Assembly: GCA_045863335.1 (NCBI GenBank)
Contig: BTVY01000032.1
Span: forward strand, 20,591-84,590
Origin: Candidatus Hydrogenedentota bacterium
GTDB lineage: Bacteria > Hydrogenedentota > Hydrogenedentia > Hydrogenedentales > SLHB01
DNA length: 64,000 nucleotides
Reading direction: 5' to 3'
Each line of letters begins with the position of its first letter. The first letter of the stretch is position 1. The notes beneath the pieces are model-generated. The model was not told where the DNA came from. It was given only the letters and a program-made list of their open reading frames with translations, and ran no database searches. Made by a program: the position numbers and the translations under genes. This document shows, piece by piece, positions 35,604 to 44,805 of this stretch.

Positions 35604-35920
35604 TCGTTCTCGTTCGCTTCCCATTCTCCGATCTCTCCACCTCCAAGCTGCGGCCCGCGGTCATGTTAGCTCATGCCGGCGGCGCGGACTGGGTACTCTG
35701 TCAGATCACAAGCAATCCCTACGGTGACCCTGCCGCGGTTTCCCTATCGTCCGCGTCGTTTTCAAGCGGCGGCCTCGACCGCGAGAGCGTGGCGCGTCCT
35801 GGAAAGCTGTTCACTGCTGCCGGCTCCATCGTGGTGCGCGAAGCCGGAATGTTGAGCGCAGCGGCGCATCGTAGTGTCGTCGAAAGCACGGTAAGCTTGC
35901 TTCAGTCAGGGCTCAAGTGA
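35579..35920 (+). CDS. PemK/MazF family toxin
   Basis: GLVVLVRFPFSDLSTSKLRPAV...VLCQITS...SVARPGKLFT. Confidence 0.9.
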   Translation: MVPLEPGLVVLVRFPFSDLSTSKLRPAVMLAHAGGADWVLCQITSNPYGDPAAVSLSSASFSSGGLDRESVARPGKLFTAAGSIVVREAGMLSAAAHRSVVESTVSLLQSGLK

Positions 35921-36407
35921 CGCGCCGTCGGGAATAAGGCAATAAATGGTTGCTGTCCCCATTTATTCGCTCGTTTGATTCGCTTGTCCTTTTGGGAATA
36001 GCACTGACAAACCGTTCGAGGCCAACTAATTGGATTTGCCCCTCCAAAGTGTCCTTATAGAAAAGTTTGTCGAGTGCAGCCCTGAGCAACGCTTCTCGCG
36101 TGAGTGGCAGTAGAAATTCGTAATTGACAACATAGGCAAAAGCCCAACGGGTGTACGAAGGAAGGATGATTTCTTTCTGGCTTATACGCTTGATGAATTC
36201 CGCTCGCGGTAGGTGAATGAAATTCTTCTTGACTCGGAATTTCCCTTTTCCCAAACGCTCGATAACACTTCTAAGCTGTTTGCTTAGGTATGTTCCTGGA
36301 CTCGTACCAGTCCACCCAGCGATCCCGCCGAGTTGAGTCTTCGTGAAAACTGCTTGGTCTTTGGACCGGGCTAGCAAGAAATCATATGCCTTGTTCAAGT
36401 CCGCCAT
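35913..36407 (-). pseudogene. Lower-GC hypothetical gene, apparently 3'-truncated at a palindromic repeat
   Basis: The ORF reads into the repeat at 35941-35967 (RINGDSNHLL); GGGGGA RBS; N-terminus possibly wHTH-like. Confidence 0.55.
35941..35967. repeat. AATAAATGG...CCATTTATT short palindrome family
   Basis: Related copies at 35126-35144, 60229-60254 and 60540-60568. Confidence 0.8.
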
Positions 36408-36691
36408 GGTTATTCCCCCGTGTCAGAGGCTACCTTCCTAGGCTAATTGAATGCTTCGTATAAGTCAATAGATTTGAGGGGGCCGAGTACGGAAAATCGT
36501 GCAAGATGGATGCGTGGAGAAGTGGGTGATTCGTATTCCTTCTATCCGTATGTTTTGTTCGTGCTGTTATGGCGGACCGTGCCGAGGATTACCTATGTTC
36601 CAGCGCGGGCATTGAGGTTTAGCGCCCGATACGCTACTATCGGATGAGTGGGACCAGCGTACCTACTGTCAAGTGGAGGCTTTGAGACATT

Positions 36692-38530
36692 TTGCAGGCT
36701 GAGCAGCTTAGTTTCGAACTTTTCCGGCCGAAGCACGAGGGTCAGCTTCATTTGGGGCCAAACCCGTATTTTGGCGACTTAACGCAGCCTACGCGATGCG
36801 TTTTGTCCAGACCGAAGCCGTTCAATTCGGATATTGTGGCCGGCAAAAACACATATGTGTATGACGCCCATACCTATCACACGAAGGTTCCCCCCGAAGG
36901 CATCAAACTTCTTATCGATTACTACACTCGACCAGGAGACATTGTCTTAGATCCGTTTTGTGGTTCTGGCATGACCGGAGTCGCGGCGACTGATCTGAAC
37001 CGAATTGCACTACTTTCGGACCTGTCCCCGGCCGCAGCATTTATCGCTTACAACCTGAACACACCCATAGATGAATCTCGATATATGAGTGCCGTTAACG
37101 AGTTGTTGCGCCAGGCGGAATATCTCGAAGAGTCCCTCTACGACACTCACTGTCGCCGCTGCGGCAAGATTGTCCCAATGCTCTACATGGTTTGGAGCTA
37201 CGGCTACGAATGCGCGGCCTGTGGAAAGGAATTTGTCCTTTGGGATGTGGCCCGTGATGAAAAGTCCTCCGTGCGCGACAGTAAAATCCTCAACAAATTT
37301 CCTTGCCCATTTTGCAGAGCCACTCAAAACAAACGCGGTCTACACAAGACCAAACGCTATCCCGTTGAAGTCGGCTACAAGTGTTGCCAGGCTGGACTAC
37401 AAGAGAGCCGTGAGGAATTGGATGAGCACGACAGGGAAACCCTCCGACGCATCAACGAGAACGGTATTCCACCTGGCCTTTGGTATCCGACCGACTCCTT
37501 CCGCGATGGGGTCAACACCAGACAACCGATTGCAGCTGGTTTGAATAGTGTTAATAAATGTTATACACCTCGCGCACTCTACGCTATGGCCTACCTGTGG
37601 AAACTGGCATCGGAGTGGCCCGACCGAGCCGTTAGCGAAAAACTACTCTTTACTCTGACTTCGCTTTATAAACGCGTCACACTTTTTAGCGAATTTCGGT
37701 TTTGGGGTGGCAGTGGTAACACTGCCAACTATAACGTTCCTGGAATCATTAATGAGCAAAACGTTTTTAAAGCGTTCCAACGGAAAGCGAAGACGATCAG
37801 CTGGTATTTTCGTGAGGCCGCAGAGATAGACCGTAAAGTTTGCGTGAGCGTGCAATCAGCCTGCTCTCTTTATCAGCTGCTCGATAAATCCGTTGATTAT
37901 ATCTTCACTGACCCACCATTTGGAGGTAATATTAACTACTCGGAAATGAACTTTCTATGGGAAAGCTGGTTGGCGCGATTTACGGATACCACCGAAGAAG
38001 CTATCGTCAATAAGGTGCAGGGCAAAGGGTTCCTTGATTACGAGAACCTCCTGTCTGCAGCATTTGCAGAAGCCAGGCGAGTACTTAAAGATGGTGCATG
38101 GCTGACAGTAGTCTTTCATAACTCCTCAAAAGATGCTTGGCAATGCATCCAAAACGCGCTGCGGCGTGCAGGCTTTGAAATTCGAGGTACTCAAACATTT
38201 GATAAGAAACACGGTACGTTCAAAATGTTTGTTTCAGAAAACGCTGTGGGTTATGACTTAGTTCTTCATTGCCGTAAAGCCAAGGTACGTTCACCCATAC
38301 TCTCAGCTGGCGACAATCATCACGCAGTTATTGATTTCATTAAGACGGCTTTGCGGGGCAAGAACGGCTACACGACCAGATTCCTTCATGTAAAACGAGA
38401 CGATGAGTTCGATTATCGGCGTCTCTATTCTGAATGGCTTGTATCTGCCTTGAAGACCGACGCCGGCGCTATCGACTTTCAGCGATTTCGAGAATTGGTT
38501 GACAATGTAAGAACCAGGGGTAAATCGTGA
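36692..38530 (+). CDS. Amino (N6-A/N4-C) DNA methyltransferase with a Cys-rich insert, PglXI-like
   Basis: YHTKVPP; motif I VLDPFCGSGMTG; motif IV DYIFTDPPF; CRRC, CAAC and CPFC zinc-ribbon pairs; RRVLKDGAWLTVVFHNS; GGAGG RBS before a TTG start. Confidence 0.9.
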   Translation: MQAEQLSFELFRPKHEGQLHLGPNPYFGDLTQPTRCVLSRPKPFNSDIVAGKNTYVYDAHTYHTKVPPEGIKLLIDYYTRPGDIVLDPFCGSGMTGVAATDLNRIALLSDLSPAAAFIAYNLNTPIDESRYMSAVNELLRQAEYLEESLYDTHCRRCGKIVPMLYMVWSYGYECAACGKEFVLWDVARDEKSSVRDSKILNKFPCPFCRATQNKRGLHKTKRYPVEVGYKCCQAGLQESREELDEHDRETLRRINENGIPPGLWYPTDSFRDGVNTRQPIAAGLNSVNKCYTPRALYAMAYLWKLASEWPDRAVSEKLLFTLTSLYKRVTLFSEFRFWGGSGNTANYNVPGIINEQNVFKAFQRKAKTISWYFREAAEIDRKVCVSVQSACSLYQLLDKSVDYIFTDPPFGGNINYSEMNFLWESWLARFTDTTEEAIVNKVQGKGFLDYENLLSAAFAEARRVLKDGAWLTVVFHNSSKDAWQCIQNALRRAGFEIRGTQTFDKKHGTFKMFVSENAVGYDLVLHCRKAKVRSPILSAGDNHHAVIDFIKTALRGKNGYTTRFLHVKRDDEFDYRRLYSEWLVSALKTDAGAIDFQRFRELVDNVRTRGKS

Positions 38531-39507
38531 AACGCGCGCAAACGCTGCCAGCTTTCACACCCGAAGAAGTGGAACGCGTCCATTCTCTTCTTGCCATCAA
38601 AGTTTCCTATATGATGGGCAGAAAAATGGAAGAAGGTGACTGGGCGGACGTCTATTGTCGTGCGAAAGGCATTTCTGACAAGGGCTGGTCTAATCTGAAT
38701 ATTGACGTAATGCACGACTTGCTTGGCGTCGAACATAAGATGCTTTGCTGCCGCTCCAAGACGAATCTCGACGAAGCGTGTGGCACAACCTTGATGCATC
38801 CAGCGGCGACGCGCTCTATCCGTATTCCTTCGACCCGTAATCCAAATGAAGCCATGCGGGACATCCTACGACAATATGCTGATCTTATCTCCCAACGGAG
38901 AGAACGAGTCCGCGAGCAAGCTACTTCCTCCGGCGAACCCGATATGCGAACTGGCTGGCTTCTCTGGCAAGAAAGCCTCCGACAGTTTCTTTATTTTGAG
39001 GAAGAAATGCTTCCACCGGACCCAGATGATTTTCGAGCGAAATGGGTGGAATCCGGCGGCGGCAATCGCAAAAAGAGCAAGAATCTCTGGATATATGAAA
39101 AGGAGACTGGCAAGAAACGGTATTCCGTGACCACTAGTGCTGGTGCTAAAATCCAACCTTACTTCGATGTGCCTCCGCCCGATGACCCAAATCTCTACCT
39201 ATTCACAGTAATTGGTGAGGTCATTGATGCTGGGCTTGTGCGTGTTTGGCTCACTGAGTCCACGGCCCGCGAGCTTGAGTCATTTCTGGGTAGCCTCGAT
39301 TCTGACCTGTTAAGCTCGAAAATATTCGAGGCTGCGGAAGCTATGAGGGTGCTTGATGACTTGGGCGAAGCCGAGACTGAGTCTGGCGTCCCAGTTTTCA
39401 TAAGTGTCGAAGCCTACGAAGCTCTACACTCGACAATAGATGCCGTGAACGATGACCATCTCTTTCAACTCCTTGTTCGCTACCTGCGGCACCAGTCTCA
39501 GCAATAG
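38527..39507 (+). CDS. Uncharacterised protein, putative PD-(D/E)xK restriction endonuclease
   Basis: 4-bp overlap with the MTase gene, same lower GC; candidate active site EEGDW...NIDV...GVEHK. Confidence 0.6.
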   Translation: MKRAQTLPAFTPEEVERVHSLLAIKVSYMMGRKMEEGDWADVYCRAKGISDKGWSNLNIDVMHDLLGVEHKMLCCRSKTNLDEACGTTLMHPAATRSIRIPSTRNPNEAMRDILRQYADLISQRRERVREQATSSGEPDMRTGWLLWQESLRQFLYFEEEMLPPDPDDFRAKWVESGGGNRKKSKNLWIYEKETGKKRYSVTTSAGAKIQPYFDVPPPDDPNLYLFTVIGEVIDAGLVRVWLTESTARELESFLGSLDSDLLSSKIFEAAEAMRVLDDLGEAETESGVPVFISVEAYEALHSTIDAVNDDHLFQLLVRYLRHQSQQ

Positions 39508-39663
39508 CCTGGCGCGTAGCCTTGCGACCCGCGGAGCTAATGATTGATGATGTGGTTTGAACAAGAGGGATCTTCATGATTGATTCTCGCGGAGTGCTAA
39601 TTTCGTAACTCTCCGAATACGCATGCCCTCCAGCCCCCCCGGTTGCCCGCAATCTGCCCTCCG

Positions 39664-41457
39664 TTACTCGCTTGCGATCGTCGCATCTGCGACTGCCTTC
39701 AGTTCCTGGCCGGTGTTGGGGTCTACTTTGATGTCGACGGTTTCGTTGTCGTTGGTGTAGAAGAAGAAGCCGTACATCATTTCTTCGAAGGTTTGGGGGC
39801 CTTCTTTGACGGTCACGGTGGGGTCGGGGTTGAAGGGGTTGAAGGGGCTGTTGTCGAAGTGGCCGATGCATTCGATGCGGGTGCCTTTGGGGAGTTTCAG
39901 TTCGCCGGGCTCGACGTAGTAGGTCATCTGCCAATCGAAACTGTAATTCGGCACGTTTAACAGGGGCCGCGTCTCGCCGTCGGGCAGGTGGGCGAGGAAG
40001 GTCATGTCGCGTCCGCGCAGATGCATGTGGGTGAACATGGCCAGCAGGGTCGCGTCGCAGTCCAGCGTGTCCTCGGCGGTGACCTGGTGCATGGGCGCGC
40101 CGGGCGGGATGGCGAGGGCATCGTTGTTGATAATCATGTAGCGGATGCGCTTCTTGATGGGGTGTTTCGCATAGCGGAACCCGGCGGAGATGGTGTCCTG
40201 CTCCGGTTTGCCGGTGGTGACGTAGTGGATTTGCAGCGTGATGACCGAACCCTTCCGGATCAGCATGGCCTCGCCCGGTTTCAGATCGGCGGGTCCGCCG
40301 CCCGGCACTTTCCCCGTGAGGAAGTTCGTGCTCTGGTCGTAATCCTGGCCCGGCAGCATGTAGATCATGTTGCAATGATGCAGCACCCGCGGGTTGCTCG
40401 GCATGATCTCGATGCCTTCCACCCAGGTGTCCTCGGGGAACATGTAGTCGAAGGTGTGGTACTGGTAGGGGATGTAGCCGGTGGCCGGGATGTCGAAGGG
40501 TTCCTTCGCGGAGAGGACCAGGTCGGGTTCGCCGATGGCCCATTTCTCGTTCGGGAACTCGGGTACTTCCGGCAGGTTCTCCAGATCGCCGGGCTGCTTG
40601 CCGCCGCGCACCCATTGCGCGATGGTGCGTTTTTCCGATGCCGTGAGCAGGCGTTCGTTGGTGAAGTCGCCGACTTCGGGATGGGCGTACCAGGGCGGCA
40701 TGCGGCCTTCCTGGACGACCTCGGCGATCATGCTGGCCTTGCCGGAGGCCTGTTCGTAGGTTATCAACGAGAACGGCGCGGCGGTGTTCGGACGATGGCA
40801 CTCCACGCAATTCTGATAGAGGATGGGCGCCACGTGTTCCGCGAAGGTCACGTCCGCGGGCTTGGCGGATGCGTCGCCGGGAAAGGTGATGAGGCAGCCT
40901 TCCACCGCCGTCGTGGGCACGCTGACCGCTTCGCCTGCGAGGACTTCCAGGATCGCCTCCTTGAGATCGGCGCGGGCGTTCGTGGGTTGCACGCCGCTGA
41001 CGCGGAACTGGTCGTCGATTCGGCCCCGGTAGCGGAGGACCCGGTCCGCGTCCAGCACGGCCACCTCCGGCGTGCGTTCCGCGCCGACCGCCTTCGCGCT
41101 GTAGGCTTCCACGTCCTTCACGACGGGGAAGGTCATCTGGTACTCGACGGCGTGGCGCGCCATGTCCATGATGGAATCTTCGGGGCCGACGTTGATGCCG
41201 ATGAACTGCACGCCTTGTTCGGCGAACTCCTGGTGGAGGGATTCGAGGACGGGCGTGTAGCGTTGGGCGACGGGGCAGGTGTTGCAGTAGAAGGCGAGGA
41301 CGTAGGCCTTCGCGTCGCCGAAATCCGCCAAGGTGCGGGACACGTAGCGGATGTCTTTGAATTCCATGCCGGGGACGGGTTTGCCGATGGCGGAGTCGTC
41401 GGCGATGGCCGCGAGCGATGCGAGTAGGACGAGGGAGAATGCGCGTACGTAGCCCAT
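39664..41457 (-). CDS. Exported redoxin + cytochrome c + copper type II monooxygenase-like fusion protein
   Basis: Signal peptide; CNTCP and AERTPEVAVLD..LRYRGRIDDQ (redoxin); CVECH heme motif; VLHHC, HMHLRG and EEMMYG Cu-ligand motifs. Confidence 0.85.
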   Translation of the reverse strand: MGYVRAFSLVLLASLAAIADDSAIGKPVPGMEFKDIRYVSRTLADFGDAKAYVLAFYCNTCPVAQRYTPVLESLHQEFAEQGVQFIGINVGPEDSIMDMARHAVEYQMTFPVVKDVEAYSAKAVGAERTPEVAVLDADRVLRYRGRIDDQFRVSGVQPTNARADLKEAILEVLAGEAVSVPTTAVEGCLITFPGDASAKPADVTFAEHVAPILYQNCVECHRPNTAAPFSLITYEQASGKASMIAEVVQEGRMPPWYAHPEVGDFTNERLLTASEKRTIAQWVRGGKQPGDLENLPEVPEFPNEKWAIGEPDLVLSAKEPFDIPATGYIPYQYHTFDYMFPEDTWVEGIEIMPSNPRVLHHCNMIYMLPGQDYDQSTNFLTGKVPGGGPADLKPGEAMLIRKGSVITLQIHYVTTGKPEQDTISAGFRYAKHPIKKRIRYMIINNDALAIPPGAPMHQVTAEDTLDCDATLLAMFTHMHLRGRDMTFLAHLPDGETRPLLNVPNYSFDWQMTYYVEPGELKLPKGTRIECIGHFDNSPFNPFNPDPTVTVKEGPQTFEEMMYGFFFYTNDNETVDIKVDPNTGQELKAVADATIASE

Positions 41458-41679
41458 GGAGAAGTGCCTCCGCAGACGGCAGGGTGCGCGTATAGACACG
41501 CGGGTGCCGTCTGTCTGAATTGCTGCTGCTGACCGATGCTCTAGTATTGTGGAGGATCATGGGCGGAACATCAAGTTAGAAGCAACAGTTTAGTTATAGA
41601 AAACGATGGAGCGCTGTTTGGAATTGGCCTTATTGGCGTGAGTCGGTGCTTACCTTTTGGGGAGATCGGAGGTTTCGAA

Positions 41680-41766
41680 GGAGCATGGGCGTCCCGCCCG
41701 TGTAAGATCATGGGCTGGAAGCCCATGGCACCTCGAATCACGGGCTGGAAGCCCGTGGCACCTCGA
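41680..41766. repeat. REP-like hairpin cluster including two 30-bp tandem units
   Basis: atcatgggctggaagcccatggcacctcga / atcacgggctggaagcccgtggcacctcga, preceded by the inverted relative ggagcatgggcgtcccgcccgtg. Confidence 0.85.
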
Positions 41767-41879
41767 ATCGTGCTTGTTTCGGATTTCGAATTTGTGAACA
41801 GCGTGCCTGTAGCGCGGCGTGGTTTACCGTAACAAACGTTGTCTTGCTGGTTGTAGAGGTTGGAGTACCTCGTGGCTGT

Positions 41880-42452
41880 TTACGCGAAGAACTCGAAGGT
41901 GGGGCTTTGGGTTTGTTGAAGCAGGGGTAGTGTGGCGTCGCCGACGCGGATGTCGAGCCGGGGTCCCTGCGGTGGGGGTTCTTCACCCTGGGTACGTGCC
42001 AGGGCGGTCTGCGCGGCCTGGTTCACGCCGTTCACGAAGGAGCGGGCTTGTCCGATGGCTTCCGCCCGGCCAACGGTAACGTCGAATCCGCGCAACTCGA
42101 CCGGCTCGCCGCGCGACCCCTGGATCTGCTCCTGAACCTCCGCGATGCGTTCGCGGATCTGTTCGCGGGTCTCCTCCAGCGTCGGGATGACGCGCTCCGC
42201 CGCTTCCAGATTGCGGTCGATGGTGCGGACGGCGGCTGTCGGCACGGAGATCGTACCGCGGCCGAAACCGACGTCGTTTACGGGGACTTCATCAAGTTGA
42301 AACGGGTTCGCCGAAGTGACGGCGGGGCGGGGTCTGAACCCTACCTGCTGGGCAGAGTTGTCCGGTGCTCCAGGAGTCGTCTCCCGAGGGGGCAGGAGCG
42401 ACGACCGGGGGTCGAGGTTCCGGACCGTCGTTTGACCAACTTGTAGGCCCAT
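41880..42452 (-). CDS. Hypothetical protein (190 aa, coiled-coil middle)
   Basis: ATG-started ORF with natural composition, divergent from the glycosyltransferase gene; promoter-like motifs upstream. Confidence 0.6.
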   Translation of the reverse strand: MGLQVGQTTVRNLDPRSSLLPPRETTPGAPDNSAQQVGFRPRPAVTSANPFQLDEVPVNDVGFGRGTISVPTAAVRTIDRNLEAAERVIPTLEETREQIRERIAEVQEQIQGSRGEPVELRGFDVTVGRAEAIGQARSFVNGVNQAAQTALARTQGEEPPPQGPRLDIRVGDATLPLLQQTQSPTFEFFA

Positions 42453-42698
42453 CGTTTGATTCCGCAGCGTGTCGATAGCGCCATTTATTGTTTTTCGACA
42501 TTAAAAGTATCTCATAAAGGGTCTGCGGAGTCAACAGTAGACCTGGGATTATTCCAATGTAAAACCATGTATTTTATATGCTTAAACGGCTCCGGCTGGG
42601 CGGGAGAATTTACGGCGCCGGCGCGGTTGCAGGGGTCCATTCGTGTCAAGTAAGGTTTCATCGAGCGAACGCGACCTGGGGAGGGGAAGTTTAGTTCC

Positions 42699-44510
42699 GT
42701 GCAAACACCGCTATTACTTGATGATGAAGCGTGCGCCGGGCTGGTGCCGAAGTATGCTTCTAAGATCCTCATCGCCGGAAGGATGTTCCCCGACTTCGAG
42801 TCCCGCTTATCGGCCCGGACGGCCAAAGTGATTCGGGTGGATTGGCCGTTCCCTGTGGCCATCCCCGAACATGTGTTTGACTTCGTGCTGCTCCCGCCAT
42901 GCGATGAGACCGACGTCACGGAACTCCTCGAAGCCGGATTGAAACATATCGACCGGCACGGTTCCGTCGGTTTGATCACCAAGCCGGTGCAGGACAATGG
43001 CGAGCCGCCGCTCGGTTTGCTCACGCAACTGGAGTCCATGGGATTCCTCGCGACGCGGAGCCGCATGTGCGAGGAGAACGGGCTGACGCAATGGGCCTTC
43101 GCATTGCTCCGTACCGACTACGATCCCATCGCGCATGCGGCGGACCTGGAAGCGGCGGGGTTCCCCATGCGCGCCTTTCTCGTGCTCGATTCGATTGGGG
43201 AACTGGTGGAGCTTTCGGACGACAGTATCGCTTCGCTGGCCGTGGAGAAGCATCGAGTGCTGTCCGAGGCTATCCTGCAAATGGAACCCGGAGATGCTGC
43301 GGCGTCGCTGTTGTCGTTCGCGCGGAAAGAGTTTCAGCTTGCGATCCACGCGCATCCCCGTTTGGTGGCGCCGTATGCGCGCCATGCGGCACTTTGGCAC
43401 CACTTCGGCCAGGATCACTTGGCGAGGCGATTACTGCGATCGATCGCGCATGTATGCGATGCGTCCGAAGCGCAGGCGTTTCTGGAGACGCTCGACGATA
43501 CCGAGGGCGCGCCGCGTGGCGTCGAGGCCGCGCAGGTCTGGTCCGGTACCCGCTCGAAGCCGCGGATTCTGGTTATCACGCACGACAATTCCGACTACGG
43601 CATGGATTCGCTGTTCGATGGTCTTTGCACCGTGTTGGGCGCCGAGAACGTCGTTGAGTTTCCCTGGAAGCCTACCCTCCACGGGCAACGTCCTGAGTCG
43701 GCCCTGAACTATCCCTGCGTCTTCGACTACCCCGGCGAACCGCGGACGCCGGAGCAGTTGGTGGAAGAACTGCGCGACGGCCGGTTCGATCTGATCCTGT
43801 TCGCGGACGTCGTGCAGCGCAGCTACCGCGATACGGTCCGGCGTTTCCTCGAGGCCGGCGGCTGGGTTCCGGTGGTGGTGTACGACCCTTGGGACGATCC
43901 GCATAGTCTTCTGTCCAGCGCACTGGAATACCTGGGACGGGCCTCCGTGGCCGCCTATTTCAAGCGGGAGATGCTGGCCGGTTTCGCGTATGGGGAGAAC
44001 AGCTTTCCCTTGCCGTTTGGTTATCCCGACCGGCTCGTGCCTGAATCGGTGTCCTGGGAGCGGACCCACGACCTGTTTTGGGCGGGGAAGCGGATCTTCG
44101 GGACCCGCGCCTTGTACCTGGACTGGCTCTCCGAGAAGCTGGGGCGGAACATGGACCAGACCTTCTCGCAGGCGGAGTACCGGGCCACGCTCGAAGGGGC
44201 GCGGATGGGCCTGTCGATTTTCGGGTATGGGTACGATACGGTGCGGTACTGGGAACTACCCGCGCACGGTGTGATGCTGCTTGCGGAGCGGCCTCCCATC
44301 CGGATCCCCCACGACTTCGTGGATGGGGAGTCGGCGGTGTTTTTTGACGACCTGCCGGAGCTGGAACAGAAGTTGGATTACTACCTTGCCCACCCCGATG
44401 AAGCCATGACAATCGCTCGGGCGGGCCGCGAGCATTTTCTGAAGTATCACACGACTTCGATGCGGGCCAAACAGTTTCTCGGCCGATTGGAGTTGCTTGG
44501 ATTGTGGTAA
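42699..44510 (+). CDS. Glycosyltransferase, CgeB / Glyco_trans_1_2-like C-terminal domain
   Basis: YDTVRYWELPAHG...FVDGESAVFFDDLPELEQKLDYYLAHPDEAMTIARAGREHFLKYHT. Confidence 0.82.
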   Translation: MQTPLLLDDEACAGLVPKYASKILIAGRMFPDFESRLSARTAKVIRVDWPFPVAIPEHVFDFVLLPPCDETDVTELLEAGLKHIDRHGSVGLITKPVQDNGEPPLGLLTQLESMGFLATRSRMCEENGLTQWAFALLRTDYDPIAHAADLEAAGFPMRAFLVLDSIGELVELSDDSIASLAVEKHRVLSEAILQMEPGDAAASLLSFARKEFQLAIHAHPRLVAPYARHAALWHHFGQDHLARRLLRSIAHVCDASEAQAFLETLDDTEGAPRGVEAAQVWSGTRSKPRILVITHDNSDYGMDSLFDGLCTVLGAENVVEFPWKPTLHGQRPESALNYPCVFDYPGEPRTPEQLVEELRDGRFDLILFADVVQRSYRDTVRRFLEAGGWVPVVVYDPWDDPHSLLSSALEYLGRASVAAYFKREMLAGFAYGENSFPLPFGYPDRLVPESVSWERTHDLFWAGKRIFGTRALYLDWLSEKLGRNMDQTFSQAEYRATLEGARMGLSIFGYGYDTVRYWELPAHGVMLLAERPPIRIPHDFVDGESAVFFDDLPELEQKLDYYLAHPDEAMTIARAGREHFLKYHTTSMRAKQFLGRLELLGLW

Positions 44511-44805
44511 TTTTTAGTTTACTCGCGGCTGTAAACGATCTTTTGAACCGTTGCGGTGGACAAGCGATTTGATTTGTCGTAGTATCTGGTGTTAGGGCAA
44601 GGCTTGATGTTTATATATGGTATTTTACTCAAATAAATTGCCTTTGAAACATAATTGAAACATCAATGTATTTGTGAGACGCAGTCATGTTCTGTAAAAC
44701 ATTGCCGTTACTCTCATTGCTAGGTCTTCCTTAAAGTTCCTTTTAGATTGGGATTGAGTGAAGTAAAATTTACCTCGTGCACGAATTGGAGGGAGGAATG
44801 CCCTT

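Noticed and set aside
39398-41560. 720-aa Arg/Pro-rich minus-strand ORF
   Set aside because: Alternative frame of the redoxin fusion gene; its composition is typical of an off-frame GC-rich translation.
41707-41766. 30-bp tandem repeat as a mini-CRISPR
   Set aside because: The units are directly adjacent with no spacers; they are REP-like hairpins.
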